From contig JAVKDD010000033.1 of NCBI GenBank assembly GCA_040222455.1, forward strand, positions 180,671 through 244,670: a stretch of DNA of 64,000 nucleotides. The letters run 5' to 3'. Shown one piece after another: positions 28,195 through 38,449 of the stretch; position 1 is the first letter of the stretch, and every line of letters begins with the position of its first letter. This DNA comes from Balneolaceae bacterium. Lineage in GTDB: Bacteria > Bacteroidota > Rhodothermia > Balneolales > Balneolaceae. The notes beneath the pieces are model-generated. The model did no database searches. It was not told the origin of the DNA and saw nothing but the letters and a program-made list of their open reading frames with translations. Position numbers and translations under genes: made by a program.

Positions 28195-29484
28195 ATGAAA
28201 AAGCATATCTATAGTCTCTTTGCTGTGCTTCTTGTAGCAGTATTTATGGTAAACTGCGAAACAGGTAATCCTCTCGTAAAACCAATTCAAACAGGTATTG
28301 ACTCTCAGAATTATCCTGCAGCACTTTCTGCAGCAGATACCTTAATATTTAAAGAGCCTGCGAATCCATTAGGTTATTATTACAAAGGTGTTGTTCTTGG
28401 AAAAATGGCAGATGCCGAGCCAATAATTTCTAATAGGAAACCAATTTATTCGGATATGCGAGCTGCACTTGATGAAGCGTCATTATTATACGCTGTTCAA
28501 GAAAAGCCCGGTGATGAAGCTGAACAAATCTTACCTCTGGTACTTGAAACATGGAGTATAGAGCATAATGCAGCAATACCTTACGCAACAAATGATAGCG
28601 TAATGTCATCAGTTGAAAACCCATTAGATTTAGCTATCGCACATTTAGTAAATGCGACAACTATCAATCCAGATAGTACTCTATCTTATGATGTGTTAGC
28701 TCAAGTTTACTATATGAATAGTGAATTTGAAAATGCTGCCGTTTCTTTAACTAGAGTAATTGAGTTAGAAGAAATGGGGCTTGCATCAGAATATGACAGA
28801 TTGGGTTCTTACTATTTTCTAAGCGAGCAACCAGAAAAAGCTGTTGCAGCTATAGAAGAAGGATTAGAAATTTATCCCGATAGTATCTCACTTATCCAAA
28901 AATTAGCTGATGGTCTATTTCAAATAGACAGAACTGAGGAAGCATTGAGAATTATGGATCGTTTAGTGGAATCAGAACCTGATAATGCACGATATCATTT
29001 AGTAATTGGAACAAGAGTTTATCAACGAGTATTAAATCTGAGTGATACCTATACTGAGAACTCAGATAAGATTTATGACTTGGAAAGAAATGATGGTTCA
29101 GACGCTGAAATCAATGCTTTAAAATCCCAAAATGAAACTCTGGAATCAGAGATTAATCAATTAACAGATCGTGCTGAAAAAGAGCTTTTAATTGCATCAG
29201 AATTAGACGCAACTATTCCATCCACATTTAACACTCTTGGTATTTTGTACCAGAATAAATCTGCTAGTTTATTTGATAAGAGAAATAATACTGTTGATAA
29301 TGATGAAGCCGCTAAATTTGATGAAATGGCAAAGGAAGAGGCTAAAAAAGCTATGACCTATTATGAAAGAGCTACTGAACTCGATCCAGACAATACCTCA
29401 TATTGGGGATCATTATTCAGAATTTATACACTGCTGGATATGAGAGACAAAGCAGAAGCTGCTATGGAAAAAGCAGGTATGTAA
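28195..29484 (+). CDS. TPR-repeat protein (secreted or lipoprotein)
   Basis: 429 aa with a signal peptide and repeated TPR-like A..y....g....A...l..al.l.P units, ending in YYERATELDPDN. Confidence 0.55.
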   Translation: MKKHIYSLFAVLLVAVFMVNCETGNPLVKPIQTGIDSQNYPAALSAADTLIFKEPANPLGYYYKGVVLGKMADAEPIISNRKPIYSDMRAALDEASLLYAVQEKPGDEAEQILPLVLETWSIEHNAAIPYATNDSVMSSVENPLDLAIAHLVNATTINPDSTLSYDVLAQVYYMNSEFENAAVSLTRVIELEEMGLASEYDRLGSYYFLSEQPEKAVAAIEEGLEIYPDSISLIQKLADGLFQIDRTEEALRIMDRLVESEPDNARYHLVIGTRVYQRVLNLSDTYTENSDKIYDLERNDGSDAEINALKSQNETLESEINQLTDRAEKELLIASELDATIPSTFNTLGILYQNKSASLFDKRNNTVDNDEAAKFDEMAKEEAKKAMTYYERATELDPDNTSYWGSLFRIYTLLDMRDKAEAAMEKAGM

Positions 29485-29513
29485 TCCAAGCTATATGCTA
29501 ACAAATTAATTCT

Positions 29514-30692
29514 ATGAAACTAATTAAAAGTACCCGATTGGCTTGCATTATGCTAGCCTTCGGGTTTTTTTTCGCTTGTACTTCTTCTAAACCTACTATT
29601 GATTCGTTGATTTTGAGCAATCAATACGATTTTGCACTTACGCAAATCGAAAAACAGCTTGCTGAAAATCCGGATCAACCAGACTTGCTAATTTCAAAGG
29701 GAGAGATAAATACACTTATCGCATCCGATCTTGATCCCAGAGAACGAACCCCACTTTATTCAGAAACAGGTTCCGCTTTCGACCAAGCAATTAATCTTGG
29801 AGTAGACTCAGTTCAATTCGAAAAAATTAATTCCATAAAAGATCAAACATGGTCGAAGGAGCATAATGCTGGTACTGCTGCATATAATACCGAAGGTTCA
29901 TCGCCCGAAAATTCAATTGCTCAAGCTCATTTTCGAAATGCTATTACTTTAAAACCAGAAGAATCGAGTTACCTTTCTTTGGCAACTGCGCAATTTACTT
30001 CAGGTAATATTGATGAAGCTATTTCAACACTTAATACTGCTAAAAACTTAATGCCAGAGGTTTCTCCTAAAATTTATGAAAACCTTGGGTTTTTGTATCT
30101 TCAAAATGGTGAGCCAGACCAATCAGTATTTTATTACGAGCTTGCAAATCGCGATATTATTAAAAGTAAAAATATCGCATTTGGTCTAGTTAATGCCTAC
30201 ATCTCAACATCAAATACTGAGAAAGCAATAAGATTACTTGATGGCTTAGTTGAGAATTATCCAAATGATGCTACAATTAGAAACGTATACGGTACTCAGC
30301 TTTATCTAGTAACAGAAACCATAATGAACGATTTAGCTGATGCCTATCTGAATAATGATAGCTCATTGGTTTCTCAGATTCGTTTTGAAGCTGAAGGGGT
30401 TGGTGAGCAAGCTGAAAAGGAACTTATTCAAGCTTATTCACGAGACACAACAAATACGAATTTTATTGAAAGTTTGGGTGTATTCTATAATAATTTAACT
30501 GGAAAATACCTTTCAGTTTATGAAGTTGCATTTGAGGCAGACCGACCATCTCTTTCAATCAAAGCTAAAATACTACTTGATTTCGCTATTGAATACTATG
30601 AGAAGCTATCTCAATTTACACCCGATAACTCGGATCTTGAATCCACTTTAGAAGGTCTGTACTCTTTAAAACAATCCCGATTTAGTTCTTAG
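29514..30692 (+). CDS. TPR-repeat lipoprotein
   Basis: 392 aa with a lipobox-like FFFAC and TPR-like repeats. It is adjacent to the TPR protein at 28195-29484. Confidence 0.5.
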   Translation: MKLIKSTRLACIMLAFGFFFACTSSKPTIDSLILSNQYDFALTQIEKQLAENPDQPDLLISKGEINTLIASDLDPRERTPLYSETGSAFDQAINLGVDSVQFEKINSIKDQTWSKEHNAGTAAYNTEGSSPENSIAQAHFRNAITLKPEESSYLSLATAQFTSGNIDEAISTLNTAKNLMPEVSPKIYENLGFLYLQNGEPDQSVFYYELANRDIIKSKNIAFGLVNAYISTSNTEKAIRLLDGLVENYPNDATIRNVYGTQLYLVTETIMNDLADAYLNNDSSLVSQIRFEAEGVGEQAEKELIQAYSRDTTNTNFIESLGVFYNNLTGKYLSVYEVAFEADRPSLSIKAKILLDFAIEYYEKLSQFTPDNSDLESTLEGLYSLKQSRFSS

Positions 30693-30698
30693 CTTTAT

Positions 30699-31835
30699 AT
30701 GAAATTTAATACTAAAACCATTCATGCTGGTCAGAAATCAGAAGAAACTTCTGGCGCAGTAATGCCACCTATTTTTCAAACCTCTACTTACGAACAATCT
30801 GCTCCTAATGTTCATAAAGGATATGATTACGCTAGGGTAGGAAATCCAACCCGTACTGCTCTTGAAAAAATGATTGCGGGTTTAGAAGGAGCTGATGAAT
30901 GTGCTTGTTTTGCTAGTGGCGTTGCGGCAATGGATGCCTTAATGAAAATGTTCAGGCCTGGAGATCATATTATCTCATCTAATGATTTATATGGCGGTTC
31001 ATACCGACTTTTTACTTCAGTTTTTGAGCCCTATGGTATAGAGTTTACTTTCATTGATATGACCGATTTAGAGTTGGTAAAAAACTCTGTCAAACCAAAT
31101 ACTAAAATGATGTGGATTGAAACTCCTACTAATCCACTTCTCAGAATTGTAGATCTTAAGAAACTCATTGGCATTGCTAAAGAGAATAATATTCTAACCA
31201 TTGTCGATAATACTTTTGCATCACCATATTTACAACGACCGCTAGAATTTGGAGCAGACGCAGTTTTACATTCTGCAACGAAGTATTTAGCTGGTCACTC
31301 AGATGTAATTCATGGGGCAGTAGCGAGCTCTCACCCAAAAATAATGGAGAATCTTCGCTTTCAGGTAAAATCTACTGGAGCAGTTCCTGGGCCAATGGAT
31401 TGTTACTTAACACTTCGTGGAATTAAGACATTGGCAATTAGAGTAGAACGATCGGTACAGAATGCAAAAGCTATAGCTCATTTTTTAGATTCTCACCCAA
31501 AATCTGGCACTGTTCTATATCCAGGTCTGGAATCTCACCCTCAGCATGAACTTGCTAAATCGCAAATGGATGACTTTGGTGCAATGCTTTCATTTACACT
31601 TAAAGATGATTCGATTGATGCTGCTGTAAAATTTATGAGTAGCACCAAGATTTTCACGTTAGCTGAAAGCCTTGGGGGAGTAGAATCACTAATTAGTAAT
31701 CCTGCTTCAATGACTCATGGCTCAATTCCTAAAGAATTAAGAGAAAAAGCTGGGCTAAGCGATTCGTTAATTCGAATTTCAGTAGGAATTGAAGATGTCG
31801 ATGATTTAATTGCTGATCTAGATCAAGCTTTTTAA
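30699..31835 (+). CDS. PLP-dependent trans-sulfuration enzyme (cystathionine gamma-synthase / beta- or gamma-lyase family)
   Basis: 378 aa. HSATKYLAGHSDVIHG (PLP lysine) and the C-terminal LIRISVGIED are family signatures. Confidence 0.85.
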   Translation: MKFNTKTIHAGQKSEETSGAVMPPIFQTSTYEQSAPNVHKGYDYARVGNPTRTALEKMIAGLEGADECACFASGVAAMDALMKMFRPGDHIISSNDLYGGSYRLFTSVFEPYGIEFTFIDMTDLELVKNSVKPNTKMMWIETPTNPLLRIVDLKKLIGIAKENNILTIVDNTFASPYLQRPLEFGADAVLHSATKYLAGHSDVIHGAVASSHPKIMENLRFQVKSTGAVPGPMDCYLTLRGIKTLAIRVERSVQNAKAIAHFLDSHPKSGTVLYPGLESHPQHELAKSQMDDFGAMLSFTLKDDSIDAAVKFMSSTKIFTLAESLGGVESLISNPASMTHGSIPKELREKAGLSDSLIRISVGIEDVDDLIADLDQAF

Positions 31836-31913
31836 TTTTCCTTACATTAGAATCACTACCTTTAGCTAATAAAAAAGCGCTTACACTAATTAATTCTATA
31901 ATTTTTTATCACC

Positions 31914-33092
31914 ATGCGTACTGTTGTTATTGTTGAAGCAAAAAGAACACCAATCGGAGCTTTTGGAGGGAATCTTTCGTCCTTTACTGCGCCTGAACTT
32001 GGGGCCACCGCAATTTTAGAAGTTGTAAAATCTGCAGGTATATCACCCGACCTAGTTCAAGAAGTTGTAATGGGTAATGTATTGACAGCTGGAATCGGAC
32101 AAGCTCCTGCAAGACAAGCTGCTTTAAAAGCAGGATTATCGAAATTAACTCCTTCAACAACTGTAAATAAAGTATGTGCTTCTGGTATGAAAGCAATTAT
32201 GATTGCTGCAGATCAAATCAGACTTGGCGATGCTGACATTATTGTAGCCGGTGGAATGGAGAGTATGAGTAATGTCCCCTATTACTTACCAAAGCAACGT
32301 TTTGGATCAAAATATGGCCATGTTGAAACTGAAGATGGAATCTTAAAAGATGGTCTATGGGATGTCTATAATGATTATGCTATGGGAAATGCTGCTGAAC
32401 TATGCTCTAAAGAATGTAATATAAGTAGAGAAGATCAGGATGAATTCGCTATTCTTTCTTACAAACGAGCAATTGAAGCTCATGAAAATGGATACTTTGA
32501 TAACGAAATTATCAAGATAAATGTAAAAGACCGCAAGGGAAACGTTACAGAAATCAAGAAAGACGAGGAATTGGATCGTGTAAATTTTGATAAAATACCT
32601 ACGCTAAGACCTGTGTTCGAGAAAGAAGGAACTGTTACTGCTGCAAATGCCTCAAGTATCAATGATGGTGCAGCTGCCGTTCTTTTAATGAGTGAAGACA
32701 AAGCCCAGGAACTAGGACTTAAACCTTTAGCTAAAATTTTAAGTCATGCTAGTGCGGCGAAAGCCCCAGAATGGTTTACAACTGCACCATCTGACGCAAT
32801 CCCTTTGGCATTAAATAAAGCGTCAATTTCCAAAGACGATATCGACCTCTTCGAGATAAATGAAGCTTTTTCTGTTGTAGCTCTTGCCAACAATCAAATA
32901 CTGGAACTTGATCCAGAGAAGGTAAATATTCATGGCGGCGCTGTAAGTTTAGGGCATCCAATAGGTTGCTCCGGAGCTAGAATCATTGTCACCTTAGTTC
33001 ATGCTCTCAAAAAATCTGGTGGAAAGTTAGGTTGCGCCGGTATTTGTAATGGTGGTGGCGGTGCATCTGCAATAGTGTTAGAAATGCTATAA
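31914..33092 (+). CDS. Acetyl-CoA C-acetyltransferase (thiolase II)
   Basis: 392 aa. It has VNKVCASGMKAI (active Cys), NIHGGAVSLGHPIGCSGARI and GICNGGGGASA. Confidence 0.9.
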   Translation: MRTVVIVEAKRTPIGAFGGNLSSFTAPELGATAILEVVKSAGISPDLVQEVVMGNVLTAGIGQAPARQAALKAGLSKLTPSTTVNKVCASGMKAIMIAADQIRLGDADIIVAGGMESMSNVPYYLPKQRFGSKYGHVETEDGILKDGLWDVYNDYAMGNAAELCSKECNISREDQDEFAILSYKRAIEAHENGYFDNEIIKINVKDRKGNVTEIKKDEELDRVNFDKIPTLRPVFEKEGTVTAANASSINDGAAAVLLMSEDKAQELGLKPLAKILSHASAAKAPEWFTTAPSDAIPLALNKASISKDDIDLFEINEAFSVVALANNQILELDPEKVNIHGGAVSLGHPIGCSGARIIVTLVHALKKSGGKLGCAGICNGGGGASAIVLEML

Positions 33093-33106
33093 ATAGTATT
33101 TTTAAG

Positions 33107-33135
33107 TTGACATTATTAGATTCCACTCCTATAAT
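33107..33135 (+). promoter_or_regulatory. Perfect sigma-70 consensus promoter (TTGACA-N17-TATAAT) facing porU
   Basis: TTGACA at 33107-33112, an exactly 17-nt spacer, and TATAAT at 33130-33135. It lies in the 241-bp intergenic region about 200 nt upstream of the porU ATG. Confidence 0.45.
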
Positions 33136-33333
33136 TAACATCTATCCTTAACGAAATCCGAATTACCATTTAAAACAGCTACAAATTCATTTTTTAACTC
33201 AAAAAAGACATTCGTACTGTATGGATTCAACGATCAATTTCTTGTTAAAGAGTAATCTTTAGTAGAGTTGAGTAAATACTGCTAGAATTTTCTAATCCAG
33301 CAATATTTTCAGTTTCCTTCGGTTTTCCAGTTT

Positions 33334-36300
33334 ATGCTTACTAAACTTTTCCATATAAGTTTATTTTTCTCTTGTTTTGCGACATCTTTAGTTAATGCAC
33401 AACAACTAAAGACTATTTCAGAAACAAATGAATATGTTGAGTACGAAATTCTTAACAAAGATTTAGGCATTCATCCACCGTATGAATTTATGGTGCCCTA
33501 CCAAAATGGACAGCCACAGTTAACAATTATAGAACAAAATGTAATTGAGCTAGAAAAGCAGGTATCTGATTCAAAGGCTAATGGATTGGCACTTTCTACA
33601 TCTGCATCTCCTCTTTATGAGGTTTTATCACCCGGAATGTATAGAGGTCAGTCCGTGGGTTCTCTCAAAATTCATCTGGCTCGTTATTCTTCTAACTCAG
33701 TTTTGATTACGTCAAAAATCAGATTTAAAATTTCAAAAGTTCCAAAGACTTTTCCGGAACTTCCTTCTAATAGAAAGAATGTAAATAATTTCGACCATCC
33801 ACTAAGTACTGGTAATTGGTATAAAATTCCCATTGGTAAAAAAGGAATTTATCAACTTAACCAAAGCTATTTACAAGACCTTGGAATTGATATTTCTACC
33901 GTTAATCCAAGGAATATTCAAATTTGGGGTACTGACGGATACGAGTTGCCTGAACGTAATAATGAGGAACGACCAGAGTTTTCTCAATTTCCGATTATTG
34001 TTGAAGGTGAAAATGACGGAAGTTTTGATGCTAATGATCGAATAATATTCTATGGAAATAGTCCACATAAAGAACTTCGCTTAGGTGACTCTTTTATTCA
34101 TAGTATTCATCCTTATAGTGATAGTACTTATGTTTTCTTAACAGTTGGAACTTCAAGTGGAACTCGATTAAATGTTTCAAATTCAAGCCTTACAGCTTCT
34201 AGTACAATTACTGAGTTTGATGATTTTATTTGGAAAGAGGAAGAACTAACAAAAACAGAAACCAAACAAAAGTCTGGAAGGTATTGGCTTGGCAGAACCA
34301 TTCCAGCGAGCTCTCAAAATCAATTTATCGAAATTTTTAAGGATACTTTACCCGATGTAACTACTTCAGTTCCAATTCAAGCTTCGGGAAGAATTTACCT
34401 TCGCTCTACTTCAACTACTGCTTTTGAAATGAATATAAATGAACAACCATTTCGAGATTTCTCAATTTCGAGACTTGATGGTGGTTCAGATGCATATACC
34501 TCGTACACCAGCACTTCAGCAAAACCATATACGTTTAATTCTTCAGTTAACACACCAACCGTTAATAATGTTCTTAGCGTAGACTTAATGATGAAAAATA
34601 CACACTCAGGAGGTAATAGTTTTGTTGATTATCTTCGGTTTGTAGTGCGAAGAAAATTAACAGCGGAAAGAGATAAACTTTTCTTCTTCCCACCTTCAGG
34701 GGGTTCCATATCTCAAATTGCTAATTATGTTTTAAATGACTTCTCCATTTCACCATATGTGATGGATGTAACTAATCCCATGGAACCGCAACTTCTTGAA
34801 GTTAGTCAGCAAGGTGCCAGTTATAACTTAGTTTATCATACAGATCCAGAGTCAAAAATAATTGCTCAATCTAGTTTATTCACTCCACAATTAGGAACCA
34901 GGGTACCAAACCAAAACTTACATGGAATTTCTACTTATCCAGATTATGTAGTAATCACCTCTGATTTCTTCTTAGACAGAGCCCAAGAACTAGCTGACTA
35001 TCGCGCGCAAAGAGGATTAAATCCAGTAGTGGTTACTCAGTCTCAAATACTAAATGAATTTTCATCCGGCATAAAAGATCCAACTGCAATAAGAGATTTT
35101 CTAAAATACCTTTGGGATACAGCACTTATTAACGGGCAATCCCCTCCAAAGTATGTGCTATTATTTGGAGATACTACGTACGACACTAAAAATATCATCT
35201 CAAATGCATTTACAAATCATTTACTAACCTATCAAACGAGTGAATCTATACACCGTACAAATTCGTTCGGTAGTGACGATTATTTTGGTTTAATGGATGA
35301 TAATGAAGGCTTACTTAACAGTAGTGCCAGAGTTGATCTTGGGATTGGAAGAATACCTGCACAAACAAGAAATGAAGCTGCTATAGCCATTGATAAAATA
35401 AAAAGATATGAGAACCCAGCCAATTTTGGTGACTGGCAAAATCTTTTTGCATTCGCTGCAGATGATGATTTCCCTGAACCAACGAGAAACAGAGATTTAC
35501 ATGTTGAAAATGCGGATGGAACACTTCGGAGAATGAATTTAAATGATTCTGGTGCACGCTCTAAGAAAATTTATTTATTTGACTATAAGGAAGAAATAAC
35601 TGGCGTTGGCAGGCAATTCCCTTCTGCTACCAAAGACTTTCTTACTACATTAAATAATGGTGCACTTGTGATGAATTATTCTGGACATGGTAATGCACAA
35701 ACACTAACCGACGAAGAACTATATAGCTCAGATTATGTGACTCAGCTAACCAACAGAAATCGTTTAACCGTCTTTGTTACAGCAACTTGCCAATTTGGTA
35801 GATATGACGATATAAATGCACAATCGGGAGCCGAAAAATTAGTTTTTGCAGATAATGGTGGTGCGATTGCAAGTTTTACCACTACAAGGGTAGTTTATAC
35901 AAGTTCGAACCCCAGTTCACTTAATTTTGGATTAAACATTGAACTTTCTCAGAATATGCTTGACAGGGATGAAGATGGTAGACCCTTGCCGCTTGGAGAA
36001 ATATTTTTGAGAACAAAGAATACAAGTGTAGGCTCAGAAAATAATAACCGGAAATTTATATTAATGGGAGACCCTGCTCTTAGGCTTGCTCTTCCTGACA
36101 AGAAAGCGAAGGTAGAACAAATTAATGGATTAGATGTTGCTTTAGTTGACACTTTAGTTACCATTAAAGCGCTGGACCAGGTCACACTAAACGGAACGAT
36201 CAGAAATGCTACTGGAGAACTAGAATCTGGTTTTAATGGCGAAGTTACCGTTTCTCTTTTTGATGCTCCCAGAACAGTTAGTATCCCTCAAGATAGAACT

Positions 36301-37236
36301 TGGATCGAAACACAAGGATGCAATTTGAATACTAATACTGCAGCTGAGTGCACGTATCAAATTGAGAATGATATTCTTTTTAAAGGAAAAGCAGTTGCAC
36401 AAAATGGGGCTTATTCTATCACTTTTATCATCCCTAAAGATATTAGTTTTTCTCCAGATCAAGGAAGAATTGTGGTATACGCTAACAGTAATGAAACCAC
36501 TGCGGGTGGGTCATTCACTGATGTGATATTTAATGGTGTAAATACAAATGCCATAAATGATGGTAAAGGTCCTTCTATGGATGTTTATCTAAATGATCAA
36601 ACCTTTATAAATGGGAGTCTAGCAAATGACTCTCCAAAACTTATCGTAGAACTGAATGACAGTTCTGGAATTAACACTACAGGAACAGGAGTCGGACATG
36701 AAATAATTGCTACAATCGATACCAAACCACAACAAACCTTTGTTCTCAATAATTTTTATGAGGGCAATTTAAATGATTATACCAGTGGTCGTATCGAGTA
36801 TCCGCTGGAAAATATTCCGGAGGGTAACTACGCACTAAAAGTTCGAGCTTGGGATGTACATAACAATCCATCTGAAAAAGAAGTTTTTTTTCAAGTGGCA
36901 GATCAGGAAGATTTGGTTGTAGATAACATCTACAATTATCCAAATCCAATGAATAATCGCACATCCTTTACCTTCGAACATAACCAACAGGGAAATCCGC
37001 TCGATGTAGATATTCGTATTTACACATTAAGTGGGAAACCTGTACAACGTATTCAAGAATACATACCCCCAAGTAATACACTTAGTTCTTATGCCAGTAT
37101 TCCATGGAATGGCCGTGACAGGGATAATGATCGCCTGGGTAACGGTACTTATATTTATGTGCTTCGGGTTACAACAGATACCGCCGAAGGAAGAAAAACA
37201 ACCGAAAAAATCGAAAAGCTCGTAATTATTCGATAA
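33334..37236 (+). CDS. porU: Type IX secretion system sortase PorU (C25 peptidase family)
   Basis: 1300 aa with a signal peptide. The gingipain-type catalytic His is in NYSGHGNAQ and the Cys is in VFVTATCQFGRYDD. The C-terminal T9SS domain is NYPNPMNNRTSFTFE...NGTYIYVLRV. It is immediately followed by porV. Confidence 0.85.
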   Translation: MLTKLFHISLFFSCFATSLVNAQQLKTISETNEYVEYEILNKDLGIHPPYEFMVPYQNGQPQLTIIEQNVIELEKQVSDSKANGLALSTSASPLYEVLSPGMYRGQSVGSLKIHLARYSSNSVLITSKIRFKISKVPKTFPELPSNRKNVNNFDHPLSTGNWYKIPIGKKGIYQLNQSYLQDLGIDISTVNPRNIQIWGTDGYELPERNNEERPEFSQFPIIVEGENDGSFDANDRIIFYGNSPHKELRLGDSFIHSIHPYSDSTYVFLTVGTSSGTRLNVSNSSLTASSTITEFDDFIWKEEELTKTETKQKSGRYWLGRTIPASSQNQFIEIFKDTLPDVTTSVPIQASGRIYLRSTSTTAFEMNINEQPFRDFSISRLDGGSDAYTSYTSTSAKPYTFNSSVNTPTVNNVLSVDLMMKNTHSGGNSFVDYLRFVVRRKLTAERDKLFFFPPSGGSISQIANYVLNDFSISPYVMDVTNPMEPQLLEVSQQGASYNLVYHTDPESKIIAQSSLFTPQLGTRVPNQNLHGISTYPDYVVITSDFFLDRAQELADYRAQRGLNPVVVTQSQILNEFSSGIKDPTAIRDFLKYLWDTALINGQSPPKYVLLFGDTTYDTKNIISNAFTNHLLTYQTSESIHRTNSFGSDDYFGLMDDNEGLLNSSARVDLGIGRIPAQTRNEAAIAIDKIKRYENPANFGDWQNLFAFAADDDFPEPTRNRDLHVENADGTLRRMNLNDSGARSKKIYLFDYKEEITGVGRQFPSATKDFLTTLNNGALVMNYSGHGNAQTLTDEELYSSDYVTQLTNRNRLTVFVTATCQFGRYDDINAQSGAEKLVFADNGGAIASFTTTRVVYTSSNPSSLNFGLNIELSQNMLDRDEDGRPLPLGEIFLRTKNTSVGSENNNRKFILMGDPALRLALPDKKAKVEQINGLDVALVDTLVTIKALDQVTLNGTIRNATGELESGFNGEVTVSLFDAPRTVSIPQDRTWIETQGCNLNTNTAAECTYQIENDILFKGKAVAQNGAYSITFIIPKDISFSPDQGRIVVYANSNETTAGGSFTDVIFNGVNTNAINDGKGPSMDVYLNDQTFINGSLANDSPKLIVELNDSSGINTTGTGVGHEIIATIDTKPQQTFVLNNFYEGNLNDYTSGRIEYPLENIPEGNYALKVRAWDVHNNPSEKEVFFQVADQEDLVVDNIYNYPNPMNNRTSFTFEHNQQGNPLDVDIRIYTLSGKPVQRIQEYIPPSNTLSSYASIPWNGRDRDNDRLGNGTYIYVLRVTTDTAEGRKTTEKIEKLVIIR

Positions 37237-37298
37237 GATTTATCAACATATATTTATCTTTTATCCGTTATATTTCGGATTCAAACTATTTATCATCT

Positions 37299-38444
37299 AT
37301 GAAAAAAACATATTTGTTATTAATAGCCTTTGCGCTATTCGTATTTCCTGTTGTTTCGAATGCTCAAGTAGCTATTACAGCAGTTCCATTTTTACAGATT
37401 GAACCAGACTCCAGAGGAGCTGCTATGGGTAACACTGGAGTAGCAATTGCTGATAATGCATCTGCCCTTTTCTGGAACCCGGCAGGTCTCGCCTTTCAAA
37501 CTGACAATCAAATTAGTATCACTCACTCGAATTGGCTGGCTAACTTCAATGTTAGCGACCTCTTTTATGATTACTTAGTTGGTAAATACTATGTTGAAGG
37601 TATTGGAACAATTGGCGCTCATCTTACTTACCTAAACCTAGGTGAGCAAGCCCAAACTAATGCCACAAGTTCTGATGTAATTTCTAAATTTAACAGTTAT
37701 GAATTAGCCCTTGGTCTTTCCTATGGTTTTGAGGTTAATAAAAACCTTGCTCTTGGTACTAGCTTACGAGTTATTTATTCAAGTTTAGCTAGTGGTACTA
37801 GTGTAGATCAACAAAAGGTAAACCCGGGAAGTAGTGTTGGTGTAGATCTCGCGCTTTTATATAAAACTAACCCTTTTAGTATTGGTGGGAATAATGCTCG
37901 TTTTAGTACAGGATTTAATCTTTCTAATATTGGGCCAGGAATGCAATACACTGATAACGCTCAAAAAGATCCTCTACCTACCCTACTAAGATTCGGCGTG
38001 GCATTTGATTTGGATTTAGATCCTGAAGGATTTAACCGAATTACCATCGCATCGGATGTAACAAAGGTAATGGCACGAAAAAAAGAAGTTGTTCGTACTC
38101 AAGCTGGCGTTTCTGATACTACTTATATTGCTTCTGGACCTATTGAAGCTTTATTTGATTCATGGGGTACTTTTGAAAGAAATAACGGGCAAGAAATTGT
38201 TTCCTTAAGTCTTGTTCAACAGTTTATGATAGGTGCTGGTGCAGAATACTGGTACAATGATCTTTTTGCACTACGTGGTGGATTCTACTATGAAGACCCA
38301 GAAAACGGTGACAGAAAGTATGTTACTTTTGGTGCTGGTCTTAGATACAACTCATTTGGGGTAGATTTCAGTTATATCAAAACATTAGAGTCTGAACATC
38401 CGTTAGCAAATACACTTAGATTTAGCGTACTCCTGAATTTTTAG
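37299..38444 (+). CDS. porV: Type IX secretion system outer-membrane shuttle protein PorV (LptO)
   Basis: 381 aa. AVPFLQIEPDSRGAAMGNTGVAIADNASALFWNPAGLAF is the PorV N-terminal signature. It ends in Phe (VLLNF). Confidence 0.85.
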   Translation: MKKTYLLLIAFALFVFPVVSNAQVAITAVPFLQIEPDSRGAAMGNTGVAIADNASALFWNPAGLAFQTDNQISITHSNWLANFNVSDLFYDYLVGKYYVEGIGTIGAHLTYLNLGEQAQTNATSSDVISKFNSYELALGLSYGFEVNKNLALGTSLRVIYSSLASGTSVDQQKVNPGSSVGVDLALLYKTNPFSIGGNNARFSTGFNLSNIGPGMQYTDNAQKDPLPTLLRFGVAFDLDLDPEGFNRITIASDVTKVMARKKEVVRTQAGVSDTTYIASGPIEALFDSWGTFERNNGQEIVSLSLVQQFMIGAGAEYWYNDLFALRGGFYYEDPENGDRKYVTFGAGLRYNSFGVDFSYIKTLESEHPLANTLRFSVLLNF

Positions 38445-38449
38445 ACGGA

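Noticed and set aside
35903-35913. GTTCGAACCCC, resembling a tRNA T-arm.
   Set aside because: It lies in frame inside porU (…YTSSNPSS…) and has no surrounding acceptor or anticodon stems. It is not a tRNA.
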